Shown here: positions 49,990 through 58,744 of the stretch, in pieces
How positions within the stretch are numbered: the first letter of the stretch is position 1
Layout of the letters: every line of letters begins with the position of its first letter
Assembly: GCA_963796105.1 (NCBI GenBank)
Contig: CAWCKJ010000007.1
Location: forward strand, 32,001 to 96,000
DNA length: 64,000 bases
Direction of reading: 5' to 3'
DNA from: a candidate division FCPU426 bacterium
GTDB lineage: Bacteria > Oederibacteriota > Muellerivitia > Muellerivitales > Muellerivitaceae
Made by a program: the position numbers and the translations under genes
Notes under the pieces: model-generated
What the model saw: the letters and a program-made list of their open reading frames with translations, nothing else
Databases searched by the model: none
Told to the model about the DNA's origin: nothing

Positions 49990-50721
49990 CTACTTCCCGA
50001 TTTTCAGGCGGTTGGCGAGGTAGTCGGAGAGTCCGGCGGCGAGGGTTTTCTTCATAGTGGTCTCAAAGTCGTAAGCGACCCGGCGGATGGCGATTTTCCG
50101 GGTGGAGGAATCGTAAAGGACGTAACAGGCGCGGGGGTCCCCGTCCCGGGGCTGACCCACGCTTCCAGCATTCACCAGGTACCGGCATCCGCTTTTCAGG
50201 ACGTATTCCTGGTCCTTCAATATCTCCACCGTCCCGTCCTGTTTCTGCTCGGCGATGAAAGGCTCATGGATGTGCCCGAAGAGGCAAAGGGCCCCCTCGA
50301 AATAGCGGAAGTTATTATCGATGTCCTCTTTCTTGCTCAGGTAATGCCAATCCCCGCTTTGGAAGGGGGAAGAGTGAACCAGTTGGATCTCGCCGATTTC
50401 CTCCCTCAGGCGCAGGCTTTCCAGGAACTTGAGGTGCTGGGGCTTCAGGCGCGCCTGGGTCCAGGTCAAGGCCTGGGCGGCGGGGGGATTGAAATTGGCC
50501 AAGGGAGTTTTTCCCAGACAGCCTGAGTCATGGTTGCCCAGGACCATCTTCCAACAGCGGAGGGTTTCGATAAGCTCGATGACCTCGATGGGATTGGCGT
50601 AGTACCCCACTAAATCGCCGAGGCACAAGTATTCCTGGGCCTCTTCGGCCTTCATGGCCGCGGCCACCGCGGTCATGGCTTCCAGGTTGCTATGGATGTC
50701 GGAAAAAACGCCGTAACGCAT
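49990..50721 (-). CDS. Metallophosphoesterase
   Basis: SDIHSN, LGDLVGY, GNHD, FGHIH, NAGSVGQPRDGDPRA. Confidence 0.92.
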   Translation of the reverse strand: MRYGVFSDIHSNLEAMTAVAAAMKAEEAQEYLCLGDLVGYYANPIEVIELIETLRCWKMVLGNHDSGCLGKTPLANFNPPAAQALTWTQARLKPQHLKFLESLRLREEIGEIQLVHSSPFQSGDWHYLSKKEDIDNNFRYFEGALCLFGHIHEPFIAEQKQDGTVEILKDQEYVLKSGCRYLVNAGSVGQPRDGDPRACYVLYDSSTRKIAIRRVAYDFETTMKKTLAAGLSDYLANRLKIGK

Positions 50722-50870
50722 GGGACTCCTAGATGGAAAATTCAACGGCTTATTTTAGCACGGACGTTATGAAATCAACCTGGATTGGTTGGGAAAATTT
50801 CAGCGGCTTGGGGCCGCCGGGAAAATACGCGCGCGGGTGGAGAAACCAGTTTAGGGGCTTTCTCCGGGGA

Positions 50871-51221
50871 TTACTTGGCTCTCTTGTGGAGAAGATAGCT
50901 CAATATCTTCAGGCGGTTTTCCTGGCGGTCATTGTATTCCCAGAATTTTTTCAAGGAGGGAAGAAAAGCCGATTGGGTGTTCAGGCGGCCCAGGTTCTTG
51001 CCCTCGGGGCTTTTTTCCCGGAGGAGGATTCCCGTTTTTTCCAACCGCTCGAAAGGCTTAAGGACCTCCGCCATGGACCGGCCCAGGAGCCTGACGACAT
51101 CCTCGGGAGGCTCGGCCACATCCTGCTTCTTGGAAAAATAAATCAAAAGATCCCACATGACGAAGGAATCCACGACTTCGTCGATGAAGGCCTTGATTTC
51201 CTGCGGGATGTCTATTTCCAC
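50871..51221 (-). CDS. Hypothetical protein, possible winged-helix fold
   Basis: Likely GTG start at 51221; DSFVMWDLLIYF...RLLGRS...LEKTGIL pattern. Confidence 0.6.
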   Translation of the reverse strand: MEIDIPQEIKAFIDEVVDSFVMWDLLIYFSKKQDVAEPPEDVVRLLGRSMAEVLKPFERLEKTGILLREKSPEGKNLGRLNTQSAFLPSLKKFWEYNDRQENRLKILSYLLHKRAK

Positions 51222-51326
51222 GGCAAACCCCTGATATGAGCAGTGTACATAAAACGCGACCGTTAAATATGCGCCACTTTCACTCAAGCCGCCAGCTGAT
51301 CGCCCCCAACGGACGAATGATAGCCC

Positions 51327-51734
51327 TCAATTGTCTTGGACTTTATCCAATTTGTCCAAAATCCCGTTCACGAATTTCCCTGATTCCGGGGTGCTGAATT
51401 TTTTGACGATCTCAATGGCCTCGTTGATGGCTACTGATTTAGGAACGTCCTTTTCGTACAAAATCTCGTAGGCCGCCATCCTGAGGATATTGCGGTCCAC
51501 CGCCGCCATGCGGGTCAAATCCCAATTCTCAGCCAGTTCCCGGAGGCGCCGGTCGATTTCCGCGACGCTGTCCCAGGTGCATTTGACCAGGCGAAGCGCC
51601 AGGACTTTCGCGGCTTCCGGGGCGCTGGCCTGCGGAAGGAAACTCTCCTCCAGGTCCTTCAGTTGGATGGTGCCGAGGTCCATCTGGAAAAGCATCTGCA
51701 AAGCCAGTTCGCGCGACCTTCGTTTTAATCCCAT
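51327..51734 (-). CDS. nusB: Transcription antitermination factor NusB
   Basis: RRSRELALQMLFQ, VDRNILRMAAYE, INEAIEIVKKF, FVNGILD. Confidence 0.97.
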   Translation of the reverse strand: MGLKRRSRELALQMLFQMDLGTIQLKDLEESFLPQASAPEAAKVLALRLVKCTWDSVAEIDRRLRELAENWDLTRMAAVDRNILRMAAYEILYEKDVPKSVAINEAIEIVKKFSTPESGKFVNGILDKLDKVQDN

Positions 51735-51778
51735 AGCCTGCCTTTAAACCGGAAAACCCGGATTTCGAATTAATGTGT

Positions 51779-51904
51779 AACCTCTGAAAAAGTCGGCCAT
51801 CGCCTCCTTTTTCAGAAAACAAATTATGGAAACCCCACGATTTCCCGCGGAAATCTTTGGGGTCGAAACCTCTGTTGGTCGCTTTTAATAGTTTTTCAGA
51901 GGTT
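51779..51904. mobile_element. 126-bp MITE-like element with 13-bp perfect TIR (AACCTCTGAAAAA)
   Basis: Perfect inverted termini; internal hairpin ACCCCACGATTTCC-CGC-GGAAATCTTTGGGGT; lies between ribH and nusB. Confidence 0.55.
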
Positions 51905-52375
51905 TCAATGTATTTGACCCAAAACCGAAAGCGTTTCCAAAAGGTGCAGGGCCGCCTCGGTCCCTTTGTTGTCCAGCCCGTCCCCCGCTCGCGCCAAGGC
52001 TTGCTCGAAATTCTCGGTCGTCAGGACTCCTAGCGCCACCGGCAGGCCCATCTCCTCGGATAGAATCCGCAAACCCGCCGACACCTCCCGGCCGATAACC
52101 TCATGATGCGTGGTCTCACCACGGATAATCGCGCCAAGGGCGATGACACCGTCGAACCGCCCGGTCTTGGCCAATTTCCGTGCCGTCACCGGTATTTCCC
52201 AGGCCCCTGGAACCCAGGCCACTTCCAGGTCCTGCTCCCTCACCCCTTGCTTGGACAAAGTTTCCAAGGCCCCTTCCAATAGCTTGCGGGTGATAATGTC
52301 GTTGAACCGGCTCACCACCACCGCCACGCGTTTTCCTGACCCCTCGGGAGTCCCCTCGTATGTTTTGTTTTTCAT
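51905..52375 (-). CDS. ribH: 6,7-dimethyl-8-ribityllumazine synthase
   Basis: VVSRFN, WVPGAWEIP, LGAIIRGETTH. Confidence 0.97.
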   Translation of the reverse strand: MKNKTYEGTPEGSGKRVAVVVSRFNDIITRKLLEGALETLSKQGVREQDLEVAWVPGAWEIPVTARKLAKTGRFDGVIALGAIIRGETTHHEVIGREVSAGLRILSEEMGLPVALGVLTTENFEQALARAGDGLDNKGTEAALHLLETLSVLGQIH

Positions 52376-52390
52376 TGTAGCCCCCCGGTC

Positions 52391-53596
52391 CTATTCGCTT
52401 TTCTTATTTAAAAAATGCCCCATCTTGGAACGCTTGATGTCCAAGTACCTCGCGTTGATGGCGTTCGGGGGAATCTCGATGGGAACCCGTTCCACTACCT
52501 TCAAGCCGTATCCCTCCAAGCCCACGATTTTCTTGGGATTGTTGGTTAAGAGGCGGATTTCCCTCACTCCCAGGTCCACCAGGATCTGGGCCCCGATCCC
52601 GTAGTTGCGCAGGTCCGCTGGGAACCCCAGCTTCTCGTTGGCTTCCACCGTGTCCAGCCCCTGGTCCTGCAATTGATAAGCCTTCAATTTGTTCAGGAGG
52701 CCGATTCCCCTTCCCTCCTGCCTCATGTAAAGGACAAGACCCCTGCCTTCCTTCTCGATCTGGGCCATGGCTGAGTGTAGCTGGGCTCCGCAGTCGCACC
52801 GGAGGGAGTGGAAGACGTCCCCTGTCAGGCATTCGGAATGGACACGAACCAGGGCCGGCTTTCCGGCCAGGTCACCCTTGACCAAGGCGAGACTATCGTC
52901 GTCCTCCGTGACCGTCCGGTACACGATGAGTTTCCATTCGCCGGTTTCGGTGGGCAGCGGGATTTCCAGCACCCGCTTGACCATTTTTTCCTTTTCCTGG
53001 CGGTAATAGATGAGGTCCGCGATGGTGACAAGGGAAAGTCCGTGCCGCTTGGAGAAAACCTCCAAGTCTCCCATCCGCGCCATGCTTCCGTCGTCCTTCA
53101 TGATCTCGCAAATCATTCCCACGGGCCTCAAACCCGCCATGCGGACCAGGTCGATGACCGCCTCGGTATGGCCGGCCCGCCGAAGAACCCCCCCCTCCCG
53201 GTACATGAGGGGAAAAACGTGCCCGGGACGAGCCAGTTCCGCGGGCTTGGAAGCAGGGTCCGCCATGACTTTAATGGTCAGGGAACGGTCATGGGCCGAA
53301 ATGCCCGTCGTGATTCCGGTCTTGGCGTCCACCGAGACGGTGAAAGCGGTGCGAAAGTCGTCCTCCTGGCGGTTCACCATCATGGAAAGTCCCAGGCGTT
53401 CCAGGTCCTCGGCCATCATGGGCACGCAGATCAAGCCCCGGCCTTCCTTGGCCATGAAATTCACGGCTTCCGGCGTGACGAACTGGGCCGCCATAACCAG
53501 GTCGCCCTCGTTCTCGCGGTGTTCGTCGTCCACCACGATGACCATCCGGCCCTGGCGGATATCCTCCATGGCTTTCTCTACCCTTTTGATTTCCAT
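52391..53596 (-). CDS. ribBA: Bifunctional DHBP synthase / GTP cyclohydrolase II
   Basis: [41 protein letters not shown]. Confidence 0.97.
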   Translation of the reverse strand: MEIKRVEKAMEDIRQGRMVIVVDDEHRENEGDLVMAAQFVTPEAVNFMAKEGRGLICVPMMAEDLERLGLSMMVNRQEDDFRTAFTVSVDAKTGITTGISAHDRSLTIKVMADPASKPAELARPGHVFPLMYREGGVLRRAGHTEAVIDLVRMAGLRPVGMICEIMKDDGSMARMGDLEVFSKRHGLSLVTIADLIYYRQEKEKMVKRVLEIPLPTETGEWKLIVYRTVTEDDDSLALVKGDLAGKPALVRVHSECLTGDVFHSLRCDCGAQLHSAMAQIEKEGRGLVLYMRQEGRGIGLLNKLKAYQLQDQGLDTVEANEKLGFPADLRNYGIGAQILVDLGVREIRLLTNNPKKIVGLEGYGLKVVERVPIEIPPNAINARYLDIKRSKMGHFLNKKSE

Positions 53597-53655
53597 TCAA
53601 AATCTCTTTTCACAGCGGATGAAAGAATACATAAGTGGGGTCCCGGCATAACCTT

Positions 53656-54096
53656 TTAGAGGTATAAATCCAAGAGCATTCCCCGGATCTCGTCCAGGGC
53701 TGAGATGATCTTCATGGAATCCTGCTGGCCGACCAGCAGGAGCTGGCCCAGGTTCTCCAGGGCCTCATCCACCCTTTCGGTGGTCAAATAAACCACGAAT
53801 TTCCCGTCCTTCTTCCGGCCGTGTTTCTCCTGGAGGCGGAATGAGCCGCTCACCACCTTGTTCATGAACTTTTTCACGGAAGCTTTGTATTCCTGGAACT
53901 CCTTGCGGCCCTTGGAGGTATAAAGCTTCCTGCCCCGGTCCTCCACCTCGGCGATCAACATGGCCATTTCGGCCCTCAAGGCGGGATCTAAAACCTTCTC
54001 GATTCGCTCCTTGAAAGCCGGGGCGAATAGAGGGGCGATAGGCTGGGGCTTCTCCCCTCCCCCTACCCCTAAACCCTCTATTTTATCGATTGTCAT
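53656..54096 (-). CDS. yaaR: YaaR/DUF327-family protein
   Basis: GRKL...YKASVKKFM...VDEALENL...LDEIRGMLLDL; 4-bp overlap with ribE. Confidence 0.75.
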   Translation of the reverse strand: MTIDKIEGLGVGGGEKPQPIAPLFAPAFKERIEKVLDPALRAEMAMLIAEVEDRGRKLYTSKGRKEFQEYKASVKKFMNKVVSGSFRLQEKHGRKKDGKFVVYLTTERVDEALENLGQLLLVGQQDSMKIISALDEIRGMLLDLYL

Positions 54097-54704
54097 GGGA
54101 TTCCTCCCCCCGCTGAATAACCGGCCGCCAGTTTTTCCAAGTGCTTGGCCAGCATGTCCACCTCGACATCAAGCCGGTCCCCGGCTTTTTTGGCCTTCAA
54201 GTCGGTGTTTTCCATGGTATGAGGAATCAACGCCACCTCGACCCGGTCCTCCCGGATCGCCGCCACGGTCAGGCTGATGCCGTCCAGGGCGATGCTCCCC
54301 TTTTCCACCACGTAACGAACCAGGTTCTTGGGAATCTTAACCGCCATTCGTCGGCCTTCCCCCTCCGGTTTTATCTCCAGGATTTCGGCGATGCCATCCA
54401 CATGCCCTTGGACAAAATGCCCGCCGAGGGTTTGCGACAGGGTTAAGGGAAGCTCGAGGTTGACGAGAGACCCCGCGGTCAAGGCCCCTAAAACCGTCCG
54501 GCTCATGGTTTCAGGAACGGCTTGGAAAGAAAGGTATGGGGGCGCGCATTTCACCGCCGTGAGGCAGCAGCCGTTGACCGCCACACTGTCTCCAATACCC
54601 ATGCGGGACGCTGTCTGGGGCGCGTCTAAAGTCAGCCAAAGGTCATCGCCTTTTTTTTCGGCCTGGTGGACTTTTCCCACTTCCTGGATTAATCCCGTAA
54701 ACAT
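54093..54704 (-). CDS. ribE: Riboflavin synthase (alpha chain)
   Basis: MFTGLI N-terminus, GDSVAVNGCCLT, GGHFVQGHVDG, KGSIALDGISLT. Confidence 0.97.
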   Translation of the reverse strand: MFTGLIQEVGKVHQAEKKGDDLWLTLDAPQTASRMGIGDSVAVNGCCLTAVKCAPPYLSFQAVPETMSRTVLGALTAGSLVNLELPLTLSQTLGGHFVQGHVDGIAEILEIKPEGEGRRMAVKIPKNLVRYVVEKGSIALDGISLTVAAIREDRVEVALIPHTMENTDLKAKKAGDRLDVEVDMLAKHLEKLAAGYSAGGGIP

Positions 54705-54738
54705 GACTACCCCTTCATGAATGAACTAATAAATGAAA

Positions 54739-54828
54739 GCCATCAAGGGACGACCCTTCGGATCGCCACTTGGCCGGGGCATGATCCCCGACCAAGTACA
54801 CGGCTTGTCCCCGGCTAAAGCCGGGACC
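54739..54828 (-). repeat. Structured dispersed repeat or possible ncRNA, copy 2 (between ribD and ribE)
   Basis: Near-identical to 25842..25925, with an additional GTCCCCGGCTAAAGCCGGGAC hairpin. Confidence 0.7.
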
Positions 54829-54841
54829 TGAAATCAGCCGG

Positions 54842-55945
54842 TCAGAGTTTCTCAAATTTCCCGGTCAGCTGGAAGTCTTCCCCCGCTCTTTCAACGGAAA
54901 TATCCGCCAATTGAAGGGCCTGATTCGGATTTTCAACGCCTTTAATCCCGGCCCAGCCAGGGCCGTTTCCGCCCAGGATCTTGGGGGAAATAAAAAGGAC
55001 AGCCTCATCGGCCAATCCTTCCTCGATCCAGGAGGCGTGGACCTTGCTTCCGCCTTCCACAAGAAGCGTCCTTACGTTCAATTGATGAAGAACCCTTAAA
55101 ACAGCCTTTAACGATAGCATTTTTTCCCGGGATGGCACCCGAAAAACAAGCGCGCCGGCTTTTTCCATCCTCCTTTGGGCCGGCAAGGATGAATGGACCG
55201 AGGTGAAAACAATCGTTTTGGACGAGCCCTTCAAAAGGTTGCACCCAAGCGGCAGCCTCAACTTTCCGTCCAGGACCACTCTCATGGGCCATCCGTCCCT
55301 CCGGTTGAATCCGGCCAGCCGGGGGGTCAAGGAGGGATTGTCCTTCAAGGCCGTTCCAATGCCCACTAGGACGGCGTCCGCCTTGCACCTGAGTTCGTGC
55401 GCCCTTTTTCTCGCCATTTCCCCCGTGATCCACTTGGATTTTCCGGATGGCCCCGCCATTTTCCCATCCAAGCTGATGGCGGCCTTCAAGATAACCTTGG
55501 GCCTCTTGCGCCGGATGCTGGAAAGGAATGATTCGTTGATTTGATAAGCCTGTTCCGCGAGAAGCCCCACCTTGACCTGGATTCCGGCTTTGCGCAGGAG
55601 TTTGAAGCCCTTGCCTTGGACGAGGGGAAATGGATCTTCCATCGAAGCCACGACCCTTACGATTCCGGATTGGATGATACTTTCCACGCAGGGCGGGGTC
55701 TTCCCATAATGACTGCAAGGCTCCAGGTTCACGTAAAGGGTGGAACCCTTGGCCTTGTTTCCCGCCTTCGCGAGGGCCAGGATTTCCGCGTGAGGGCCCC
55801 CGTATCGGCTGTGACCCCCCTCGCCGACCAGGCGGCCGTTTTTCACCAGGACCGCGCCAACTTCCGGATTGGGCGACACGTATTTCCCCCGGGCTTGGGC
55901 CAGCCTTAGGACCCGATCCATCCATTTTCGATCCGAACTTGACAC
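54842..55945 (-). CDS. ribD: Bifunctional diaminohydroxyphosphoribosylaminopyrimidine deaminase/reductase
   Basis: SPNPEVGAV, HAE, LEPCSHYGKTPPC, SKWITG, VEGG. Confidence 0.97.
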   Translation of the reverse strand: MSSSDRKWMDRVLRLAQARGKYVSPNPEVGAVLVKNGRLVGEGGHSRYGGPHAEILALAKAGNKAKGSTLYVNLEPCSHYGKTPPCVESIIQSGIVRVVASMEDPFPLVQGKGFKLLRKAGIQVKVGLLAEQAYQINESFLSSIRRKRPKVILKAAISLDGKMAGPSGKSKWITGEMARKRAHELRCKADAVLVGIGTALKDNPSLTPRLAGFNRRDGWPMRVVLDGKLRLPLGCNLLKGSSKTIVFTSVHSSLPAQRRMEKAGALVFRVPSREKMLSLKAVLRVLHQLNVRTLLVEGGSKVHASWIEEGLADEAVLFISPKILGGNGPGWAGIKGVENPNQALQLADISVERAGEDFQLTGKFEKL

Positions 55946-56231
55946 ACAGCCTCCTCAAAAGGAACAAGGGTCTGGATAAACGTTGTGACAGTATGTAATA
56001 GGATAATCAAACGTTCAAGACATCCCGTTGGCTGCTAATCCGCAATTCGTGTTTTGCCGCGGATTCATCCCTGTCAGCCATCACTGGAATGGCGGAACTA
56101 AAAAACTTTGCCAAGGTCATAATTCCATAATTTTTATCAAGGCATTTAACCTTTCCAAAATTCCATGACGAGGTTAAAATCTCCCATCTTTCAAACAGCC
56201 TGCGTCCCATCGACGCGAAAAGAGGTCCGAT

Positions 56232-56855
56232 ATGCCGACATTAGTCCTGGTGCGCCACGGCCAATCCCAGTGGAACCTTGAAAACCGGTTCACCGGCTGG
56301 ATCGACGTCCCCTTGAGCCCCTTGGGGGAGGAGGAGGCCAAAAAGGCCGGCGAGAAATTGAAGGGTTATAAATTCGACGTGGCCTTCACTTCCGCCCTCC
56401 AACGCGCGCAAAGAACCCTGGGGGTCATCTTCCAGGTCACCGGCTTGAAGGATGTTCCCGTTTTCATGGACCAGGCCTTGAACGAGAGGCACTACGGCGG
56501 TTTGCAGGGCCTGAACAAGGCCGAGACGGCGCAAAAGTACGGCGAGGAGCAGGTCAAGATCTGGCGCCGCAGCTACGACGTTCCACCTCCCAAGGACGAA
56601 ACGGGATTTTCCGAGTCCCTCAAGGACACGGCGGCCCGCACCCTTCCTTACTATCAGTCCCACATCGTTCCCTATTTAAGGAATGGCAAGAATGTCCTGG
56701 TCTCGGCCCACGGCAATTCCCTGAGGTCCATCGTGATGTTCCTGGACAACCTGACCAAGGAAGAGGTCATCGCCTTGAACCTGGACACCGGCGTTCCCCG
56801 CGTCTATGAGATGGACAAGGACTTGAAGATCCTGTCCAAGAAGGACCTTCGATAA
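56232..56855 (+). CDS. gpmA: 2,3-BPG-dependent phosphoglycerate mutase
   Basis: [36 protein letters not shown]. Confidence 0.96.
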   Translation: MPTLVLVRHGQSQWNLENRFTGWIDVPLSPLGEEEAKKAGEKLKGYKFDVAFTSALQRAQRTLGVIFQVTGLKDVPVFMDQALNERHYGGLQGLNKAETAQKYGEEQVKIWRRSYDVPPPKDETGFSESLKDTAARTLPYYQSHIVPYLRNGKNVLVSAHGNSLRSIVMFLDNLTKEEVIALNLDTGVPRVYEMDKDLKILSKKDLR

Positions 56856-56881
56856 TCTTGGACCGGCTGGAGGCGCCATTC

Positions 56882-57679
56882 ATGAAGAAGCCTCGATTCG
56901 CTTTCATCCCCTGGCGTCCCAGCCGGACCCTTTTCATGCTCCCATTGGCGCTAGTCCTCTCCGGTTGCGCCGCTAATTCCCCCCGCCTCCCCCGTGATTT
57001 TTCACAGCTGGTCCCATTGGAAAAACCCACCATCCTGGAGCAGGAACAGCTGGTGGGCCTGCGCAAACCCGACAACATGATCACAGATCCAGTCACTGGA
57101 AAAAGGGCCGTAAAAGAGGTGATCGAGGCCTTTTGGAAGTTGAGGGAAAAAGCCGGGAGGGACGGCTGGGAACTGGTTTTGGTATCAGGCTACCGTTCTT
57201 TCGAGGGCCAAAGGCTTCTTTGGAACCGCCTTTACAACAAGGCTACCGATCACACAAACGGGGACAGCCAGAAAACCGTGAAAGAAGTCATGAGGTACAC
57301 CTCCGTTCCGGGTTTCTCCCGGCATCACTGGGGAACGGAATTGGACATCTCTGAAAAGACCCTCCGGGGACAGCTCTTGACTCCTGATGAGGAAATCTCA
57401 TCGAAAGTCATGGATTTCTACCATTGGATGGAAGTGAACGCTCCCAAATTCGGCTTTTGCAAGGTGTACCGGGGAAAATCGGGAATCATCGCGGACGAAC
57501 CCTGGCATTGGAGCTATTGGCGCTTAGCGGTGATTTACCAGCGCCAGATGGACAACTTGCCGACCTTGTCCAGGGTTTTGCGGACGAAGGGCGTGGAGGG
57601 CGGTGAATTTATCCAGAACCACCTCAATGAAATCCTTCAGTGGCAGAGTTCCTCAGTGGATACGGATTGTTCGAAATGA
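56882..57679 (+). CDS. M15-family (VanY-like) D-Ala-D-Ala carboxypeptidase lipoprotein
   Basis: Lipobox LSGC; SGYRS, PGFSRHHWGTELD, EPWHW. Confidence 0.88.
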   Translation: MKKPRFAFIPWRPSRTLFMLPLALVLSGCAANSPRLPRDFSQLVPLEKPTILEQEQLVGLRKPDNMITDPVTGKRAVKEVIEAFWKLREKAGRDGWELVLVSGYRSFEGQRLLWNRLYNKATDHTNGDSQKTVKEVMRYTSVPGFSRHHWGTELDISEKTLRGQLLTPDEEISSKVMDFYHWMEVNAPKFGFCKVYRGKSGIIADEPWHWSYWRLAVIYQRQMDNLPTLSRVLRTKGVEGGEFIQNHLNEILQWQSSSVDTDCSK

Positions 57680-57698
57680 TTGACTTATAGATTAAGCA

Positions 57699-57921
57699 AT
57701 TCGACTTCGGCAAATTCCGAAAGGCATGCTTTAGATAGCTATTCCCCCCCTTTGAAAAGGGGTATTTCGGTTTATGGGTAACATAGGGTTTTTTCCCTAT
57801 GAGCGCTTTTGGATAGGGGGGTATTAGTTGTTGCTAAAACCCAAAACAAGTCTAACTTCCCCTTAACCCCCTCTTTCAGAGGGGGGAAGGACCAAAGTCC
57901 TAAAAATTGCCAAAGTTGAGT
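57699..57921. mobile_element. MITE-like element, family 1 copy B
   Basis: Right TIR TTGCCAAAGTTGAGT is identical to copy A; left TIR matches 12/15; internal blocks are shared. Confidence 0.72.
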
Positions 57922-58003
57922 CCTTAACAATAAATAGTATTTTGTTTCTGTGCCTCTGTGCGCTGCCGAAGGCAGCCTGTGGTGAATGCTTTTTTAGAAT
58001 TTC

Positions 58004-58294
58004 TTAATCCAACCAGGCCAAAGCCTTATCTAACTTTTTTTTGATCCACATTAATTTATTTCTTAAATGCCATTTCTTCCAAACCAGCCTCACCAAAACG
58101 ATGGTGGCTAAAATGAATGTCAACCAATATATAATCGTCCAGCCAGGCCATGACGGCGGGACCTCAATAGTGAAATCCCCGCTTTCTGCCCAGTTGGCCC
58201 CGAATACGGAATGAGCGGAGAGGTAAAATATCACCCAGGGCAAAAATCTTTTAGTTGTTCGCGGAGTGACCACAACCATTCTCCCAACCGGCAT
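58004..58294 (-). CDS. Small membrane hypothetical protein
   Basis: Two hydrophobic segments flanking WAESGDFTI; abuts the upstream ORF stop. Confidence 0.5.
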   Translation of the reverse strand: MPVGRMVVVTPRTTKRFLPWVIFYLSAHSVFGANWAESGDFTIEVPPSWPGWTIIYWLTFILATIVLVRLVWKKWHLRNKLMWIKKKLDKALAWLD

Positions 58295-58633
58295 TTATTT
58301 GTGGGCTGTCAGCTTCACCCGGAATTGATGGCCCGAAATCTTCTTGAAATCCATTGAAACATCCCAATAAATGGATTTGTTCTGTCCCGGAATGACCCCT
58401 TTCCCCACATCTCCTGTCAGACCCTCAGGCTGGGGATGGATCGTGTAATGGGTCCCGCCGTCTTGCGACACTTCCATGATAATTTCATTGGGAACCTGTT
58501 CCGGGTCCACCAGGTCGTAGGTGATGAGCACCAGGCTGGTTCCCTCTTGTTGCCTGGCCGAGACGTTCCAAATGTCAGTGGCGCCCAAATACCCTGGCAC
58601 CACAAGAACGAGGAAGAGGATGATTTTTTCCAT
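58295..58633 (-). CDS. Small secreted Ig-like domain protein
   Basis: Signal peptide from MEKII; ITYDL...SQDGG...GDVG...GQNKSIYWD beta-sandwich pattern. Confidence 0.6.
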   Translation of the reverse strand: MEKIILFLVLVVPGYLGATDIWNVSARQQEGTSLVLITYDLVDPEQVPNEIIMEVSQDGGTHYTIHPQPEGLTGDVGKGVIPGQNKSIYWDVSMDFKKISGHQFRVKLTAHK

Positions 58634-58744
58634 GTCCAGAAAATAAGCCGGGAACTTCCTGGGGAAGCTTGGGTTTGGGAAGTAATGATTTTTCATGGCC
58701 ATCTACAAGTATACCGACATGAAATTTCCCCTTCAATTTTACCG

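Noticed and set aside
55946..56231. FMN riboswitch upstream of ribD
   Set aside because: The conserved RFN blocks were not found on the minus strand.
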